NCBI GenBank assembly: GCA_002269645.1 | Contig: NIVC01001061.1 | Location: 223,627 to 287,626 of the forward strand | DNA length: 64,000 nucleotides | Direction: 5' to 3' | Source: Macrostomum lignano | Taxonomy: Eukaryota | In this document: positions 60,135 through 64,000 of the stretch, piece by piece | Layout: the number at the start of each line of letters is the position of its first letter | How positions within the stretch are numbered: position 1 is the stretch's first letter | Notes under the pieces: generated by a model | The model's input: the letters and a program-made list of their open reading frames with translations, nothing else | The model's database searches: none | Told to the model about the DNA's origin: nothing | Position numbers and translations under genes: made by a program

Positions 60135-63034
60135 TCAATGCCTGCCGTCCGTGATGGCCCGATGGTGCCGAGAGCGACCGTCTCGGAGGCCGCCTCCGCC
60201 GGCGCCGCCTTTAAAGGCGATGCGAGCAGCACGCCTGTCCCATTCGCGGTCAAACTGCTGGCCCTCGCCTTGGGAATTCGGGTGCGGATTTCAGTAGGCG
60301 GATGTGGTGATGGCTCTTTGATGAGCCGCCTCAACCCTTCCCTCCCTGACTCTTTGATGTCCCGCCTCACACTTCCCTCCCTGACTCTTTGATGTGCCGC
60401 CTCAGCCCCGATTCTTTGATATGCCGCTCACCCCTTCCTTCCTCGACTCTTTGATGTGCTGCCTCAGACCAGACTCTTTGATGAGCCGCCTCACCCCTTC
60501 CCTCCCTGACTCTTTGATGTGCCGCCTCAGACCAGACTCTTTGATGTCCCGCCTCACCCTTCCCTCCCTGACTCTTTGATGTTCCGACTAACGCTTCACT
60601 CCCTCATTTTTTAATGAGCCTCCTCACCCTTCCCTCTCCGACTCTTTGATGTACCACCTCACCCTTCCCTCCCTGACTCTTTGATGTGTCCTCAGCTTTG
60701 ACTCTTTCATGTGCCGCCTAACCCTTCCCTCCCCGACTCTTTGATGTGCCGCTTCATCCCTTTCCTGTCTATATCTGTTATGCGCTACTTTAATCTAAAT
60801 TGAAGGAATACATGAAGGCAAAAACACTCACTCTCGTCAATGCCATCATAGTGATGGTCCTCCTGCTGCTGGCCCGTGCCGGTGTTTCGCCGCCTCTCAA
60901 CCGTGTGCCCGCGGCCGCCGATGTGGTGCCAACGGCGATTCGCTCCTCCCGGCTGCGGCTGTCCTTCAAGGCCTTGCGCGTCTCACGCACTCCGCCAGGG
61001 CCGGCGCGCGACTCGGACACGGCCTGCGGCGGTAATTTGATTGATAATGTAATTTGGTTGGAATGAAAATCAACATCAAAAAGTCGGGGCTGAGGCTGCA
61101 CATCAAAGAGTCGGAGAGGGAAGGGTGAGGCAGTACATCAGAGTCGAGACTCAGGCGGTACATTAGAGTCGGGAAAGGAAGGGGTGTGCGGCTCATCAAA
61201 AAGTCGAGGAGGGAGGGAGTGGCGTGGTGTATTAAAGAGTCGGAGAGGGAAGGGTGAGGCGGCACATCAAAGAATCGGAGAGGGAAAGGTGAGCCGGCAC
61301 ATCAAAGAGTCGAGGAAGGAAGGGGTGAGGCGGCACATCAAAGAGTCGAGGAAGGAAGGGGTGAGGCGGCACATCAAAGAGTCGAGGAAGGAAGGAGTGA
61401 GGCGGCACATCAAAGAATCGGGGCTGAGGCGGCACATCAAAGCCGTACAAGCCAGCCAATGCCATACCTGGTACACCTGCGGCTCCCCAGACCCATCGCT
61501 GCGGTAGGCGTACACCGAGGCATGGCTGTAGACCCGGCCATTGAAGTCTGGCCGCTGAGACGCCTCTTGGGCCAGCATTCGTTCTCCAGCGTCCGACATC
61601 ATCCGTTCAACGCCTTCAAACACTCGATCGAACTGCGGCAGGCCGAACGAATAGCCGGGCAGGGCGAGACCGCCTCCGCGACCGGTGGACGGGCCACGCG
61701 GCACCAGGGCGGAGCTCGTCGCTGGTGGCCATTCGCCCACCGTCGCCGCCGTTGCGGCGCTGCGACCGGTGCTGATGGCGGCGCTGCTGGTGCTGCAAGT
61801 CCTCGGCGAAGGCGCCACCGTGGCCGGGAACTGAGCGGGCCGGCCGGCGGCGTGGCTGTCAAATCGCAGGGCGTGCTGGTGATGGCGACGCGGATTGCCA
61901 AACGGCGAGGCGGCACTTCAAAGAGAATAATGTGCTCAAGCGTTTAGTCAGTTACTTATTCAGTTCGCAGGGCACACGGATACGTACATAGTAGAGAGTG
62001 TACACTGCACTCACACAGAGTGTTTTTCATCACGCATGTACACATTCTCCAGATTTCTCCATCTTAGAGGCTGCCCCCCCCAAACCCAGCCCCAGGGCAA
62101 TTGGCATACTGGTAATTGCATGTGGATAATATGATTTATTAGTAAACCTAATCTAAGCATACCAGAAAGTTTTTTGTCATTCTTTTATCTATAGAGCTAT
62201 AGAGAAACAATAAACAATTCAGTAAAAAAGCATACATATATAATAGTCAGCTAATACATTAAGAGAGCCATTTAGGATACCTTATTAGCATAAAAAACGA
62301 AGTGGCAAATATAATTTTTCTAAAAGAAATTTACTTTACAATTTGATACTACTTTAAAATGCTTCTACTTGTAATTATAAACACAAAAAGTTTACTAGTA
62401 TACTATCTGAAACTTTTATCATACAAGCATATGATAAAATATTAAAGTTGATAACCATCCAAGAGAAAGTATATTAATTAAAGAAACAATGATAACCTAT
62501 CATTATAGTATCAATTAAAGAATTCTACAGTTATTAAAACCAAACAGCTCTTTATCTTTAAGATTTTTTCAAGAAACATTTAATATTTAGGCTAGAACAA
62601 AGATTACTGCCTAAAAAAATTAAAAAACCTAATGATTTAATTAGCCTAAATTATACTATAATAATATATAATATCAATACAAAGAGGCAATAGGTGAAGC
62701 CTAGAAAGAATTAATAAAACAATGAGTTTCTTCAATTAATTTCTTCCTTTCAATTGGATTGATATTTGTTAAATTGTATGTTTCCCATACTGATATTGAA
62801 CTAAATAGTGGTAATATATATAGTATCAAAACAAAACTTCGATAAATATAATCAAGTTTAAATCACATGGTATGAATATATGAGCAGACAGCAGCAGTCA
62901 ATATATATAAGAGAATGGCTGGGTGGTGAAAATTAAAATGCATGTACGAAATTCATTTAAAAATTGTGTAATTTTTCTTACCCAAAGTCAAAGAAGGGAT
63001 CCTGCTGGAACTCTCCAAACGGATTTCCAAACAT
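60135..63034 (-). CDS. MLF: Myeloid leukemia factor (MLF1/2 family); exons 63034-62982, 61915-61468, 61023-60832, 60268-60135; exon 3 carries a 1-nt frameshift
   Basis: MFGNPF...DPFF N-terminus, NGRVYSHASVYAY...EPQVYQ, PGGVRETRKALKDS...ERIAVG(HHI), and (S)EGQQFDREW all match MLF motifs; all introns are GT-AG. Confidence 0.85.
60300..60770 (+). repeat. About 36-bp minisatellite (CTCTTTGATGTGCCGCCTCACCCCTTCCTTCCTCGA) in MLF intron 3
   Basis: About 14 diverged units. Confidence 0.9.
61070..61445 (-). repeat. The same 36-bp minisatellite in inverted orientation in MLF intron 2
   Basis: GAGTCGAGGAAGGAAGGGGTGAGGCGGCACATCAAA is the reverse complement of the intron 3 unit. Confidence 0.9.
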
Positions 63035-64000
63035 TTTAAAGAAAACTGCGATGAGTGCTTGTAAATGAGTGCTAACACTGCGAATTAGTCAGGCAGCGTC
63101 AACTTGAAAATGGCTAGCAAGTGTACATGTAGATCAGGATATCAGGCGGCAGGAGCTGGCTGACTGTCAAATCCCTCCGTTTATTCTTAAAAATGACCAC
63201 AAATTATCGCAATAAGCGCAATTTGTAAAACACATCAGATGTATTTTAACAACTAAGTCTATTTTTCAAATGGCGTGTTTAACAGCAAGAAAAGGCTTTT
63301 GTTTTATATTATTTGTATATTTTGTTTTAATGTTAAAAAATATTACTGTACCGTGCGAACTTTAATTTTTAATAATAGACTTGTGGAAGGTTAACACTAA
63401 AATGAGTGACAATTATCATTAAAATTAGTATTTTGACGGCCAAATATACGTTTCTTTCTGGCCATAATGTGTACTTGTTAAACCTTACGATTGTGAAAGT
63501 GTGCAAGGACCTGCTGACCTACATTCATTTTGCGACTCGTCGAATTTTATCAAGCGGATTTATAACATTTTCTTATATTCTAAAATACAAACCGAAGCAT
63601 GCTGTAGTAATTTAAAATGTAGTTGTTATTTGATACAAAAGTAGATATAATTTAAGCTACATGTAATTGTTTTGTTTTTACAGCAATAAATTGCTACAAT
63701 CAAATGAAAAAATACGAAAAAATCAAAAGCATTAGTACGTTTTAATAAAACCTGTAAGTCAGTAAACTATATTTCCACACCGAGATCAAAGCAGAGACTT
63801 CTTAATAAGAGAAAATACTAACAGAACAGTTTCGGTATTGAAACAAGAAATAATTAGATTCTATAACAAAACCGGCAACAGAAGCAACTTACACGTTCCC
63901 ATTTCACAAGTAGAAAAGTAAAGGAACAAAATTAAAACACCTGGCTTAAAGAACTTATTAGCGCATAGCAAACAGACTTACAAATTTACAAAAAGTAATA

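Overview
Eukaryotic (metazoan) genomic DNA: GC-rich exons, AT-rich intergenic DNA and introns filled with minisatellites. The style suggests a free-living flatworm such as Macrostomum, but that is inference. Spliced genes were reconstructed by hand from GT-AG sites and phase checks: a TCF/LEF HMG-box factor (20351-23529, +), MAK16 (26288-27998, -), a secreted protein with two AbfB/CBM42-like domains fused to an alpha-carbonic anhydrase (34943-42375, -), a 4-exon gene of unknown function (45786-48152, +), a short TRPM-like channel (49295-52741, -) and a myeloid leukemia factor (MLF) gene with a 1-nt frameshift (60135-63034, -). Mobile DNA includes a decayed mariner with perfect TIRs, a Chapaev/Transib/RAG1-type transposase relic, an apparently intact 6.8-kb two-gene CACTA/EnSpm element, two head-to-head Harbinger-type MITEs (one invaded by a Tc1-like element) and a CORE-SINE. 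More than 15 distinct tandem-repeat families are present. The most novel candidate is the AbfB-AbfB-carbonic anhydrase fusion. All homology calls come from motif recognition; no database search was run. No CRISPR, rRNA or intact tRNA was found.
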